A DNA stretch of 64,000 nucleotides, taken from positions 28,541-92,540 of the forward strand of contig JANLFJ010000005.1 in assembly GCA_024655825.1 (NCBI GenBank), given 5' to 3'. The notes beneath the pieces were generated by a model. That model saw nothing but the letters and a program-made list of their open reading frames with translations. It had not been told where the DNA came from and searched no databases. The translations under genes and the position numbers were made by a program. The stretch comes from Peptococcaceae bacterium (lineage in GTDB: Bacteria; Bacillota; Peptococcia; DRI-13; PHAD01). Shown here piece after piece: positions 7,551 to 15,770 of the stretch; the first letter of the stretch is position 1, and each line of letters starts with the position of its first letter.

Positions 7551-10500
7551 TTGAGATTGTTTACCCACATCAGGAAGCGTGACGACAGGATTGTGCCGTT
7601 CAATGAAAGCAAAATCACCGATGCCATTTTCGCGGCGGCAAAGGCCGTGGGGGGCGAAGACAGGCAGACGGCCGTGGAATTGACCCTGGAAGTAATGAAA
7701 TACCTGAAGAATAATTTCAACGGCGAGATTTTTGGGGTGGAAGACGTCCAGGACGCGGTGGAAAAGGTGCTGATAGAAAGAGGCCACGCCAGGACGGCCA
7801 AAGCATATATCTTGTACAGGGAAAAACGCTCCCGGATAAGGGATGCGCGTTCCGAACTTATGGACGCGGTGGCCGAGATCTTGCGCGAGACCAACAGGGA
7901 AAACGCCAACGTGGGAAATTCGCCTTCGGCCAAGGTCCTGCAGATTTCTGAAGTCGCTTCCCGGAACTATTATTTGAAGCGCGTCATCCCGGAGGATGAG
8001 GCCCGTGCCCACCTGGAAGGCGACATATACATACATGACCTGGCGTGGTACGGCAAAACGCTGACTTGTCTCCAGATTCCCCTGGACAGGCTGCTGGCGG
8101 AAGGGTTCAACAACGGGCACGGCTATATACGGCCGCCCAAGGGAATCAAGACGGCGGCCGCCCAGGCGGCCATAATTTTGCAGAGCAACCAGAACGACAT
8201 GCACGGCGGGCAGTCTTTCGCCTATTTTGACCGCGACATGGCGCCGTATGTGGAAAAGGAATACGAACGCCAGGAAAGGCTGCTGCGCGAAGCGGCCGGG
8301 AAGCTGGGAGCGGTTGCCGACGAGGAGAAAATTAAGTCGCTGGCCATGGAAAGGACGGAAAACGAGGTTTTCCAGGCCATGGAAGGCTTGATATACAACC
8401 TGAACACCATGCACTCTTTGAGCGGAAAGGAGAGGATATGGATTTATGATAAACAGAGTGGGGAAATGACCACTTATAGTATGGCGGAATTTCATGAGCA
8501 ATTCATACCGGGTCGTTATCAAGCATTAAGCGTCAATTATCAGACGGGAAGGACAGAATTGAAAGATATCACCGCTTCATTTAAACATAAGAATACACAT
8601 AAAATTCTGAACATCAAATTTAAATCCGGGCAAACAGTTGCTGTAACTGACAATCATTCCATGATCGCTTTGGGGGATGACGGGAGTATTGTTACAGCAG
8701 CGCCTGACCAGTTGAAACACGGTCTGATACCCCGCGAACTTGTATTGGAAAAAGAAGTGATAGAATTTGATTTGACCAAGTATCCCTCATCCACAAAATA
8801 TCCTCTTGAGAGATTAAGAATGACTCCGTCTTTGGCCAAATTGATGGGCATGTATGTTGCTGATGGTTCTGTTAATGGCTCAACTCTTTCTTTGGCTTTG
8901 TTTGATAAGAATCTGGAAACGGAAGCGGAAAGGATTTTGCATGACATCCACCCGGGGTTTTCTGTTCGGTTACGGGAGCATAAAGGATTGCCGCGTGATC
9001 TGGCTTGTAATGTCGGACAGCAGTTTGCGGCATTTCTGGGGGATAAATGTGGGATAGGTGCTGAGAATAAACGCATACCAAGCGAGCTGTTTTTTGCTGA
9101 CAAGAATATAGTCAAAGCCTTTCTCGATGGTTATATCTCCGGCGATGGCACTGTAGGTTCCAACCGGCTTGTGGTTGGCACTGTCTCAAAAGAATTGCGG
9201 GACGGTATCCAGCTTCTTTTCTGTAAATTGGGAATACCTGTTTATATTAGGGAGGCCTTTCCAAAAAGTCAATTTGCCAAAGCGAAGAAGCGTTACCTGA
9301 TTGCGATAGGCGGATTTTATGGCCATGAACTGTCCTTAAGCGGTGAAAAAGGAATTAAGTTGATTGAAGCAACGCAAATCTGTACGGAGCAAACCCCTTA
9401 TGACTATGATTTTTTGCGTCCTTTCATCAAAGAGGTATACGGCATTCATTGTAAAACCACCAAATACTACCGCTTGAAGCCCGAAATATTGGAAGGGATT
9501 GCGGTGGATCTGGCCAAACGGATTTTGGCCCCGGAAGAAAAGACGCAACTGGAACTTTTGGCTGATGAAGAGTTTTGGCTTAACCAGCTGACAGATGCTC
9601 TTGCAAAAATTCAAACCACTGAAAGGCATTATTTGCTTAAAATGATGTCAAAGAGAAAGCTGCCGCGTTTTTGTAAATACCTGCCGGTTTATTATCCATA
9701 TAAAGACATGTTGAAACGATTCTGCCTGTCAGAGGTTGTCAATGAAAAAACCCGCAGCCGCATCGGCAATCACTGCCAGAGTCCTATGCTGGTCATGGAT
9801 TGGGCTTGTATGGTCTTAAAACAAAACGAAAAAATGGTGAGTTTGCTGGCGGCAATCGAGAGGGCCTTACGTTTGTGGCCTATGAAAGTAAAGGAACTGA
9901 TTGAGCTGGACCATGAGGAATATGTCTATGACGTCTCGGTAGAAGGCAATGAAAATTTCTTAACGGCAGAAGGGTTATTTGTACATAACTCCAGGGCCGG
10001 GGCGCAGGTTCCGTTCTCTAGCATCAACCTGGGGACCGACACCAGCTGGGCCGGGCGCATGGTGACGGAAAAGTTCCTTTTGGCGCTTGAGAAAGGCCTG
10101 GGCAAAGGGGAGTGCGCCATATTCCCCAATGTGATTTTCAAGGTCAAGGAAGGCGTCAATTATGATCCTGATGACCCTAATTACGACCTGTTCCGGCTGA
10201 GCATGAGGGTGGCCTGCAAACGGTTGCAGCCCAACTTTTCCTTCCAGGACTCAAGCTTTAACGCCCCGTACCGCGACGAGGAGGTCGCCTATATGGGCTG
10301 CCGGACCAGAGTAATAGCCAATGTCAACGGCCGCCCGGTAACTAACGGGCGCGGGAACCTCTCTTTTACCTCCATTAATCTGCCCCGCCTGGGGCTGAAG
10401 GCGCAGGGTGATTTGACCCTGTTTTGGCAGTATCTCGATGAAATGATGAACCTGACCATCAAGCAGCTCAAGACCCGCTATGACCTGCAGAAGAAACTGA

Positions 10501-11252
10501 AGGTCAGGGACTTTCCCTTCCTGATGGGGCAAAAACTGTGCCTGGACAGCGAAGACCTTAAGCCGGACGATCCGATCGAAAAAGCGGCCCGCCATGGCAC
10601 CTTGAGCGTGGGGTTCATCGGGCTGGCCGAGTGCCTTAAAGCCTTGACGGGGAAACACCATGGGGAAAGCCAGGAAGCGCAGGCGCTTGGGCTGGCCATT
10701 GTCAGCTACATGCGGCGCCGCTGCGACGAGGCGACAAGGAAATACAGCCTTAATTACACCCTACTGGCTACTCCGGCGGAAGGCTTGAGCGGCAAATTCA
10801 CCAGGGCTGATGCGGAAAGGTTCGGGGTAATTCCCGGCATTACCGACAAGGAGTGGTATACCAATTCGTTTCATGTGCCGGTGGAATTCGACATCACGGC
10901 CATGGAAAAGATTGCTATCGAAGGGCCTTACCATAAATACTGCAATGCGGGGCATATTTCGTATGTTGAACTGCCGTCGGCCCCGCACCATAACCTGGAA
11001 GCCTTCGAATCGCTCATCAGGGCGATGCGTGAAGCCGATATGGGGTACGCAGCCGTTAATTTTCCGGTTGATGTGTGCATGGAGTGCGGGTTTAACGGCG
11101 TGATCGAGAGCGAAATATGTCCCCAATGCCATTCGGCAGGCAAAATCAGCAGGGTCCGCCGGATTACGGGCTATTTATCCACGCTGGACATGTTCAATGA
11201 AAGCAAACGGGCGGAAGAAAGAAGCCGCAAAACTCATATGACCCTAAAATAA
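7551..11252 (+). CDS. nrdD: Anaerobic (class III) ribonucleoside-triphosphate reductase, intein-containing
   Basis: N-terminal ATP cone, GDIYIHDL, MHGGQS, YMGCRT finger loop, CxxC...CxxC Zn site, RVRRITGYL glycyl-radical motif; 1233 aa because of an internal insertion. Confidence 0.97.
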   Translation: MRLFTHIRKRDDRIVPFNESKITDAIFAAAKAVGGEDRQTAVELTLEVMKYLKNNFNGEIFGVEDVQDAVEKVLIERGHARTAKAYILYREKRSRIRDARSELMDAVAEILRETNRENANVGNSPSAKVLQISEVASRNYYLKRVIPEDEARAHLEGDIYIHDLAWYGKTLTCLQIPLDRLLAEGFNNGHGYIRPPKGIKTAAAQAAIILQSNQNDMHGGQSFAYFDRDMAPYVEKEYERQERLLREAAGKLGAVADEEKIKSLAMERTENEVFQAMEGLIYNLNTMHSLSGKERIWIYDKQSGEMTTYSMAEFHEQFIPGRYQALSVNYQTGRTELKDITASFKHKNTHKILNIKFKSGQTVAVTDNHSMIALGDDGSIVTAAPDQLKHGLIPRELVLEKEVIEFDLTKYPSSTKYPLERLRMTPSLAKLMGMYVADGSVNGSTLSLALFDKNLETEAERILHDIHPGFSVRLREHKGLPRDLACNVGQQFAAFLGDKCGIGAENKRIPSELFFADKNIVKAFLDGYISGDGTVGSNRLVVGTVSKELRDGIQLLFCKLGIPVYIREAFPKSQFAKAKKRYLIAIGGFYGHELSLSGEKGIKLIEATQICTEQTPYDYDFLRPFIKEVYGIHCKTTKYYRLKPEILEGIAVDLAKRILAPEEKTQLELLADEEFWLNQLTDALAKIQTTERHYLLKMMSKRKLPRFCKYLPVYYPYKDMLKRFCLSEVVNEKTRSRIGNHCQSPMLVMDWACMVLKQNEKMVSLLAAIERALRLWPMKVKELIELDHEEYVYDVSVEGNENFLTAEGLFVHNSRAGAQVPFSSINLGTDTSWAGRMVTEKFLLALEKGLGKGECAIFPNVIFKVKEGVNYDPDDPNYDLFRLSMRVACKRLQPNFSFQDSSFNAPYRDEEVAYMGCRTRVIANVNGRPVTNGRGNLSFTSINLPRLGLKAQGDLTLFWQYLDEMMNLTIKQLKTRYDLQKKLKVRDFPFLMGQKLCLDSEDLKPDDPIEKAARHGTLSVGFIGLAECLKALTGKHHGESQEAQALGLAIVSYMRRRCDEATRKYSLNYTLLATPAEGLSGKFTRADAERFGVIPGITDKEWYTNSFHVPVEFDITAMEKIAIEGPYHKYCNAGHISYVELPSAPHHNLEAFESLIRAMREADMGYAAVNFPVDVCMECGFNGVIESEICPQCHSAGKISRVRRITGYLSTLDMFNESKRAEERSRKTHMTLK
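8415..9989 (+). mobile_element. Intein with LAGLIDADG homing endonuclease (525 aa) in nrdD
   Basis: Removing SLSGKE...FVHN restores NLNTMH/SRAGAQVPFSS; block B VTDNH, LAGLIDADG-like LMGMYVADG and FLDGYISGDG, block F VYDVSVEGNENF, terminal HN with +1 Ser; visibly more AT-rich than the exteins. Confidence 0.95.
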
Positions 11253-11322
11253 AAAGTAGATAACGGCAGTTGAAATGAAAGCGACTGCAAATCGTAACGG
11301 GAAGAGAAGCGAGGCGGGTGTT

Positions 11323-11817
11323 ATGCGACTAGCCGGAATTGTCCCTGAGAGTATCGTTGATGGCCCCGGCGTGAGAATGGTGGTTTTCGCTCAGGGCTGT
11401 CCTCATCACTGCCCGGGATGCCATAACCCGGAAACATGGGATCCCGGGGGAGGACAAGAGATGACAGTCAAAGAAATTCTCAAAATCGTAAAAAAAAAGC
11501 TGAAAAACATCAGGGGTCTCACCCTTTCAGGCGGTGAACCCTTTCTCCAGGCTGAAGAGATGGCCGCCTTGGCCGGCAAGGCCAGAGAACTGGGACTGGA
11601 TGTGGTTACCTATACGGGATATACTTATGAAGAGCTGCTGGCCCTTAATTTGCCCGGCTGGGCAAAACTGCTGGAGGTTACCGATATACTGGTAGACGGG
11701 CCTTTCTTGCAAGAGTTAAAAGATATCAGCCTTCCTTTTCGCGGTTCCAGAAACCAGAGGGTTATTGATCTCAAAGAGAAAAGAAAAAAGGGAATGAATG
11801 AATGCCAGGCCGGTTGA
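11323..11817 (+). CDS. nrdG: Anaerobic RNR activating radical SAM protein
   Basis: ESIVDGPGVR, GCPHHCPGCHN (CxxxCxxC), SGGEP, FRGSRNQR; ATG 11323 preferred over track start 11275. Confidence 0.97.
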   Translation: MRLAGIVPESIVDGPGVRMVVFAQGCPHHCPGCHNPETWDPGGGQEMTVKEILKIVKKKLKNIRGLTLSGGEPFLQAEEMAALAGKARELGLDVVTYTGYTYEELLALNLPGWAKLLEVTDILVDGPFLQELKDISLPFRGSRNQRVIDLKEKRKKGMNECQAG

Positions 11818-11834
11818 GGCCGGTTCATAAAAAT

Positions 11835-11875
11835 AAGGCTCGCTTTCTCGATACGAAGAGGCGGGCCTTTAATTT
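11835..11875 (+). terminator. Probable terminator after nrdG
   Basis: AAGGCTCGC...GCGGGCCTT stem followed by TAATTT. Confidence 0.6.
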
Positions 11876-11876
11876 G

Positions 11877-11906
11877 TACCGTCCAGATTTGTTTTGGCAT
11901 ATATTA
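11877..11906 (+). promoter_or_regulatory. SigK/SigE-type promoter
   Basis: TACC-N17-CATATATTA. Confidence 0.5.
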
Positions 11907-11944
11907 AGTTTATAGATGCTGTAATACGATCCGGAGTGAAAAAA

Positions 11945-12070
11945 ATGAACAGATATCTCGGGTATATGCTTCTTATTGTTTTTTTACCGGTATTAACGAT
12001 CCTTTTTCTCGTTTTTTTCTTGATAAACAAACTGCTCAAACTTTTTACCGGTCTGTCTTGGCGCCGCTAG
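11945..12070 (+). CDS. Small single-TM protein (41 aa), not in ORF track
   Basis: MNRYLGYMLLIVFLPVLTILFLVFFLINKLLKLFTGLSWRR; GGAG RBS and upstream CATATATTA promoter element. Confidence 0.55.
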   Translation: MNRYLGYMLLIVFLPVLTILFLVFFLINKLLKLFTGLSWRR

Positions 12071-12183
12071 ATCGCCCTGCCTTTGGCCAGTATCACGAGT
12101 ATGAGAAGGCGCCGCGCAGATGAATTGCAGGTATGACATCCTTCACCCCAACAGTACGGGCAGTATTTGCTTAGTTCTGTCAT
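12067..12183 (-). CDS. Small Zn-finger-like protein (38 aa), not in ORF track
   Basis: MTELSKYCPYCWGEGCHTCNSSARRLLILVILAKGRAI; strong AAAGGAGG RBS; CxxCxGxGCxxC. Confidence 0.6.
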   Translation of the reverse strand: MTELSKYCPYCWGEGCHTCNSSARRLLILVILAKGRAI

Positions 12184-12230
12184 AAACCATTCCTCCTTTC
12201 AGGTTGGTTTATTTAGATAAAAAAAGATGA

Positions 12231-12267
12231 AAAAAGAAGCACACTGGCGGTGCAGTCCAGTGCGCTT
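12231..12267 (-). terminator. Intrinsic terminator after the Cys-rich gene
   Basis: Minus strand AGCGCACTGG-N9-CCAGTGTGCT followed by TCTTTTTT. Confidence 0.8.
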
Positions 12268-12300
12268 CATGGACAGTAAACCCAGCGATTAACTTTAAGA

Positions 12301-12921
12301 TCAGAAACACTGGGCTGGGGGTGGAAGAGGGCATACACCCGGCAGGGTTACACACGGCGCCGGTACGCAAAAACCATAGCTGGGAACGAGAAGCTGAACG
12401 GTAAGGATGCACTTGATAACAAAACAAACCTGGATGTTGCAGCTTACGGTTATGCTTCCCAAGTTAACCGCGGTGACAACACAGCTGCATACGATGAGCG
12501 AGCTTTCCGAGCAGTCGGGGCTCACGCCTTCTGGGCAGCACAGCGTGACTGTCTTGGTAAAGGTAACTGTCTCCGTTGTGGTTTCTGCAGCGGCGTTGGG
12601 ATTGGTAAGAACCAGGGGGACCGTCACCAGGACCGTAACAGTGAAAAAACCGTCGCCTACAGCCGTGCGGCTTACTTCTATGCAACTGATACCGGCGGAA
12701 CCCAGAGCGCAGGGGACGGCCTGACCCACAGTAAAGGTACCTGTCGGGAACTCGCCGCCGATTCCGGTGGTCACGGTAAAATCGCGGGTAAGGTCGTGAA
12801 TCTGGAAACAGCTGTCGTATACTTTATCTACGACTATGCATTCAATCCGGGTTGGCGGTGGGCAACCTTCCGGTGGGCATACGCCTGGCGAAACTTGCTC
12901 AAGCTTTGCTTTATCTGCCAT
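12301..12921 (-). CDS. Cysteine-rich putative spore coat/exosporium protein
   Basis: 18 Cys in 206 aa, IECIVVDKVYDSC and LLVPSYGFCVP motifs seen in clostridial spore-surface proteins, AAGGAGG RBS, no signal peptide. Confidence 0.7.
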   Translation of the reverse strand: MADKAKLEQVSPGVCPPEGCPPPTRIECIVVDKVYDSCFQIHDLTRDFTVTTGIGGEFPTGTFTVGQAVPCALGSAGISCIEVSRTAVGDGFFTVTVLVTVPLVLTNPNAAAETTTETVTFTKTVTLCCPEGVSPDCSESSLIVCSCVVTAVNLGSITVSCNIQVCFVIKCILTVQLLVPSYGFCVPAPCVTLPGVCPLPPPAQCF

Positions 12922-12966
12922 CTCATTTTCCTCCTTGTTGATTTTTAAATGGGTTTTTTTCTAATG

Positions 12967-12995
12967 TATTGTATTAGCCAAGTCTATAAGTTGTT
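12967..12995 (-). promoter_or_regulatory. SigK-type promoter
   Basis: AACA-N16-AATACAATA on the minus strand. Confidence 0.55.
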
Positions 12996-13074
12996 ACAAA
13001 TAAAAATGAAAAAATAATGTCAGGTGTTGATAGGAAATACTGTGAGACCATCCAGGACTCTACTGGCAACTTTT

Positions 13075-13395
13075 TCAACCGCGCCGCACATGATGATAAC
13101 CAAGGTTGGAAATAATGTGAGCAATGGTGGAAAGCGAAGTTGAAACGGGGTTGAAGTATACCGTTAGATTTTTTTGATGGAGAAGCGGCTTTACCCTGAC
13201 AACTCCGCTTTGAGCAAGCAGTGCGGATGATATTTTTTCCGCGTCGTTCTTGCTTTTCATATCCGTTATATTAATTGTGTAAGCGAATTCTTTTCCCACA
13301 ACGTGGTAAAAATTAACTCCAGACTGCTGGAAAGGTTGAGTTTTTGAACCCTGGTTTGCCCAGAGGGGATCAAGTCTTTTTTTGTACCAGCTCAT
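13075..13395 (-). CDS. HMA-fold protein lacking the CxxC motif
   Basis: TINITDMKSKNDAEKISSAL...SGVVRV...LTVYFNP...IISNLGY follows the HMA pattern; GGAGG RBS. Confidence 0.7.
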   Translation of the reverse strand: MSWYKKRLDPLWANQGSKTQPFQQSGVNFYHVVGKEFAYTINITDMKSKNDAEKISSALLAQSGVVRVKPLLHQKNLTVYFNPVSTSLSTIAHIISNLGYHHVRRG

Positions 13396-13450
13396 TCTGA
13401 AACCTCCATTATTACGGTCAGCTTCCAGTTGATTCTAATAGTCCCCGATT

Positions 13451-13478
13451 CATTATATTCTGCTACAGGCTAAATGTT
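13451..13478 (-). promoter_or_regulatory. SigK-type (or SigA -10) promoter
   Basis: AACA-N15-AATATAATG on the minus strand. Confidence 0.4.
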
Positions 13479-13651
13479 CGTACCTGGTGTCCTGGAAATA
13501 AGCAGCAAAGTATTTTAAAGAGGCAATATTTTACGCAAGACCCGTTGCCCAGCTATTATTCAGGCCGGGAGTCAGGACAACCCAATGTATCAAATTTGTA
13601 TTGGTTTTTAGGATGGTATATAGTTAAGGCAAAATGATTGAGGGGGCTGCC

Positions 13652-14227
13652 ATGAAAAGAAGTATGAAGAGGAATACGGCTGTTTTACTGCTGGCGCTGT
13701 TTGTTTCCTGTATTTTTTTTACCGGACAGGCTTACGCTTCGTGGGGAGCGGCAAAAATAGCCGAACTGAGAGCTAAACAAAGCGGCGGGACCGTTATGCC
13801 GGAGCCAATGCCGCCTGTTCAGGAACCGCCTGCCGGTCAAGGAGAAATGTCTCAAGAAGAGTCACTGCTGTTGAAGCTTGTTAATGACGAAAGAACGAAG
13901 AACGGGTTGAAGCCGCTTCAGCCAATGCCGGAATTGAACCACCTGGCGCGCCTTAAAAGCGAAGACATTATAAAGTACAACTATTTTTCGCACACTTCAC
14001 CAACTTACGGTTCTTTTGCTAAAATGGTGTATGATGCAGGCATAAGGTTTTATTCGGTTGGTGAGAACCTGGCCAAAGGGAGGAGCGTTACCCATGCCTT
14101 TTATATGTTTTTGGGGAGCGCCGGACACAGGGCCAACATGTTAAACAGCAGCTTCACACATACCGGGATTGGCGTAGTTCATGATCAGTATGGCGTGGTA
14201 GTTACCCAGTTGTTTATTATGAAGTAA
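13652..14227 (+). CDS. Secreted CAP (SCP/YkwD-like) domain protein
   Basis: Signal peptide ending QAYA, Pro-rich linker, NYFSHTSPTYG, GENLA, SAGHRANML, GIGV; ATG 13652 follows GAGGGGG RBS (track start 13634). Confidence 0.9.
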   Translation: MKRSMKRNTAVLLLALFVSCIFFTGQAYASWGAAKIAELRAKQSGGTVMPEPMPPVQEPPAGQGEMSQEESLLLKLVNDERTKNGLKPLQPMPELNHLARLKSEDIIKYNYFSHTSPTYGSFAKMVYDAGIRFYSVGENLAKGRSVTHAFYMFLGSAGHRANMLNSSFTHTGIGVVHDQYGVVVTQLFIMK

Positions 14228-14245
14228 AAATTTTTGCTTTAATGT

Positions 14246-14270
14246 AAACCCGGTATTACCGGGTTTTTTA
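14246..14270 (+). terminator. Intrinsic terminator
   Basis: AAACCCGGT-ATT-ACCGGGTTT followed by TTTA. Confidence 0.8.
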
Positions 14271-14361
14271 TGTTCGATTACGAAACAAGTATATTCCACC
14301 GCGTGAGTAACAAAAAAGCCACCTTAGGTAAGCATTGTTAAATGCTTTTTTATTTCGATAT

Positions 14362-14390
14362 GACATCTTTGGCTGGGGTCTCATATAGTG
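14362..14390 (+). promoter_or_regulatory. SigK-type promoter
   Basis: GACA-N16-CATATAGTG. Confidence 0.65.
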
Positions 14391-14423
14391 ATAATAGTAA
14401 AAAAATGAAGGTGGGATAACGCC

Positions 14424-15593
14424 ATGTTTAACGTTTACTGGGGAGACCGGTTCCTGGCCACATATGAAAAGAAAAAGGAAACACCCTTTCTGACATTTTG
14501 CGCCGCGAATGGGATACCCTGCGAGTATCGCAGCGGGGCAGAGGAGTATGTTGTTTTTCCGGTCTTAAATGGAGTCACTGTGGCCCTGTCTTCTCTAAAT
14601 GCGAATAATAAGAATGCACAAGAAGTGGCAAAACAACTTTCAGAAAGTCTGTCTCCCTGGGGGGCGCTCGTAGTCTTCCTTCACCGCGACTTAAAAAATC
14701 TTGGACTCATAAAGATACTGAAGGTGCAGATACTTTTAGCCCTGGAGGAAAGTGCAGACAGGCAGGAAACGGGTAAGCTGCGGTTTTTTTATTCTTTAAG
14801 ACAAAAGAAAGAAAGCCTGGCTATCATCGCTTCAATTGCCAAGCAATTATTGAAGTCAAGGACAGGTATCACCATGGAAATATCCACCATATGCGATGTT
14901 GTCAAGAATCTGAAGTACATAAAGTATTATTTCTGCAATGTGCCCACCGTCTTGATTGAAATTGCCGGGCTGGATGTTTTCCAGCTGGAAAACCTGGAAA
15001 GAGCTCTGCTGAACGGCATACTGGAAAGATACGGCAGTATTTCACCAGAAGAGCAGTCGACAAAAATAAAAAGGCTGCAGGAGTATATGGAGGAACAGGA
15101 ACAAGAACAGGCAAATGAGGCGGCAGAAGAGGAGATGCCTGACCCTGGAGAAAGCCGGGATACAAAAAAGGAAGAATTCGACTATTCGGTGAACGAGAGA
15201 GAAACACAATCAAAAGAAGATATTATGTCTCAACAGAGGCGGCAGCCAGGCCATAAGAACCAGGCGCAGCCGGAAACTAACGGATGGAAGGTGTCTGGAG
15301 ATTCACCGGTCGAAAGAGGCAAGAACAAGAAAAGACATTACGGAAAACAAACATCAGCTCTTTTTCCGCCGGGCGATGGACCAGTTTATCAATTTGAGGC
15401 GTCTCAGAAAAACAATGTGCTTCAATCCGCTTCCTTGCTGGCGATAGTTGACAGGGAGAACGTGGTCAGCAGTTTTAACGACGAAATCAGAAAAACGGCG
15501 GAGTGGATAGTCCGGCAGGGCGGCTGTATATCCAAACAGAATGCTGGCGAAAACGAAAGTGTGTCCAATTCAGATGACGAGCATATCATATAG
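14424..15593 (+). CDS. Degenerate Amidase_3-like protein with acidic low-complexity tail
   Basis: Central region tracks the amidase fold (LNGVTVAL, GALVVFL, NVPTVLIEIAG, LLNGILERY) but the Zn-binding His residues are absent. Confidence 0.6.
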   Translation: MFNVYWGDRFLATYEKKKETPFLTFCAANGIPCEYRSGAEEYVVFPVLNGVTVALSSLNANNKNAQEVAKQLSESLSPWGALVVFLHRDLKNLGLIKILKVQILLALEESADRQETGKLRFFYSLRQKKESLAIIASIAKQLLKSRTGITMEISTICDVVKNLKYIKYYFCNVPTVLIEIAGLDVFQLENLERALLNGILERYGSISPEEQSTKIKRLQEYMEEQEQEQANEAAEEEMPDPGESRDTKKEEFDYSVNERETQSKEDIMSQQRRQPGHKNQAQPETNGWKVSGDSPVERGKNKKRHYGKQTSALFPPGDGPVYQFEASQKNNVLQSASLLAIVDRENVVSSFNDEIRKTAEWIVRQGGCISKQNAGENESVSNSDDEHII

Positions 15594-15643
15594 TGGGAGT
15601 TAAGCCTCCCAGGTGGGCGCTTATTGCATCTCATGAATTCCTC

Positions 15644-15680
15644 ATTGGGGAGGATCAGGCGATCCTCCCCAATTCTTTTT
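15644..15680 (+). terminator. Intrinsic terminator
   Basis: ATTGGGGAGGATC-AGGC-GATCCTCCCCAAT followed by TCTTTTT. Confidence 0.85.
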
Positions 15681-15770
15681 CCTGTTATGCCTTAAATTAC
15701 CTGCTGAAATTATCCCCTTCGTGTGTTAAGGTAGTATAGGCTGTCATAAATACTTTCACAGGAGGGAAAA

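Noticed and set aside
7293-8522. 409-aa minus-strand ORF
   Set aside because: Shadow of the nrdR/nrdD coding strand; the same applies to the many other antisense ORFs in the track (e.g. 35225..36016, 36720..37376, 49062..49763)
8854-9057. Alternative-frame ORF inside the intein
   Set aside because: No RBS, overlaps the LAGLIDADG motifs, and looks like a frame artefact
13500-13633. Possible c-di-GMP or c-di-AMP riboswitch upstream of a cell-wall-type gene
   Set aside because: Conserved GEMM (GAAA/GCAAA/CUAA) and ydaO motifs could not be assembled from the sequence
14301-14345. CAAAAAAGCCAC shared with the terminator at 19239 (possible dispersed repeat)
   Set aside because: Only 12 bp, A-rich and typical of terminator arms; insufficient for a repeat family
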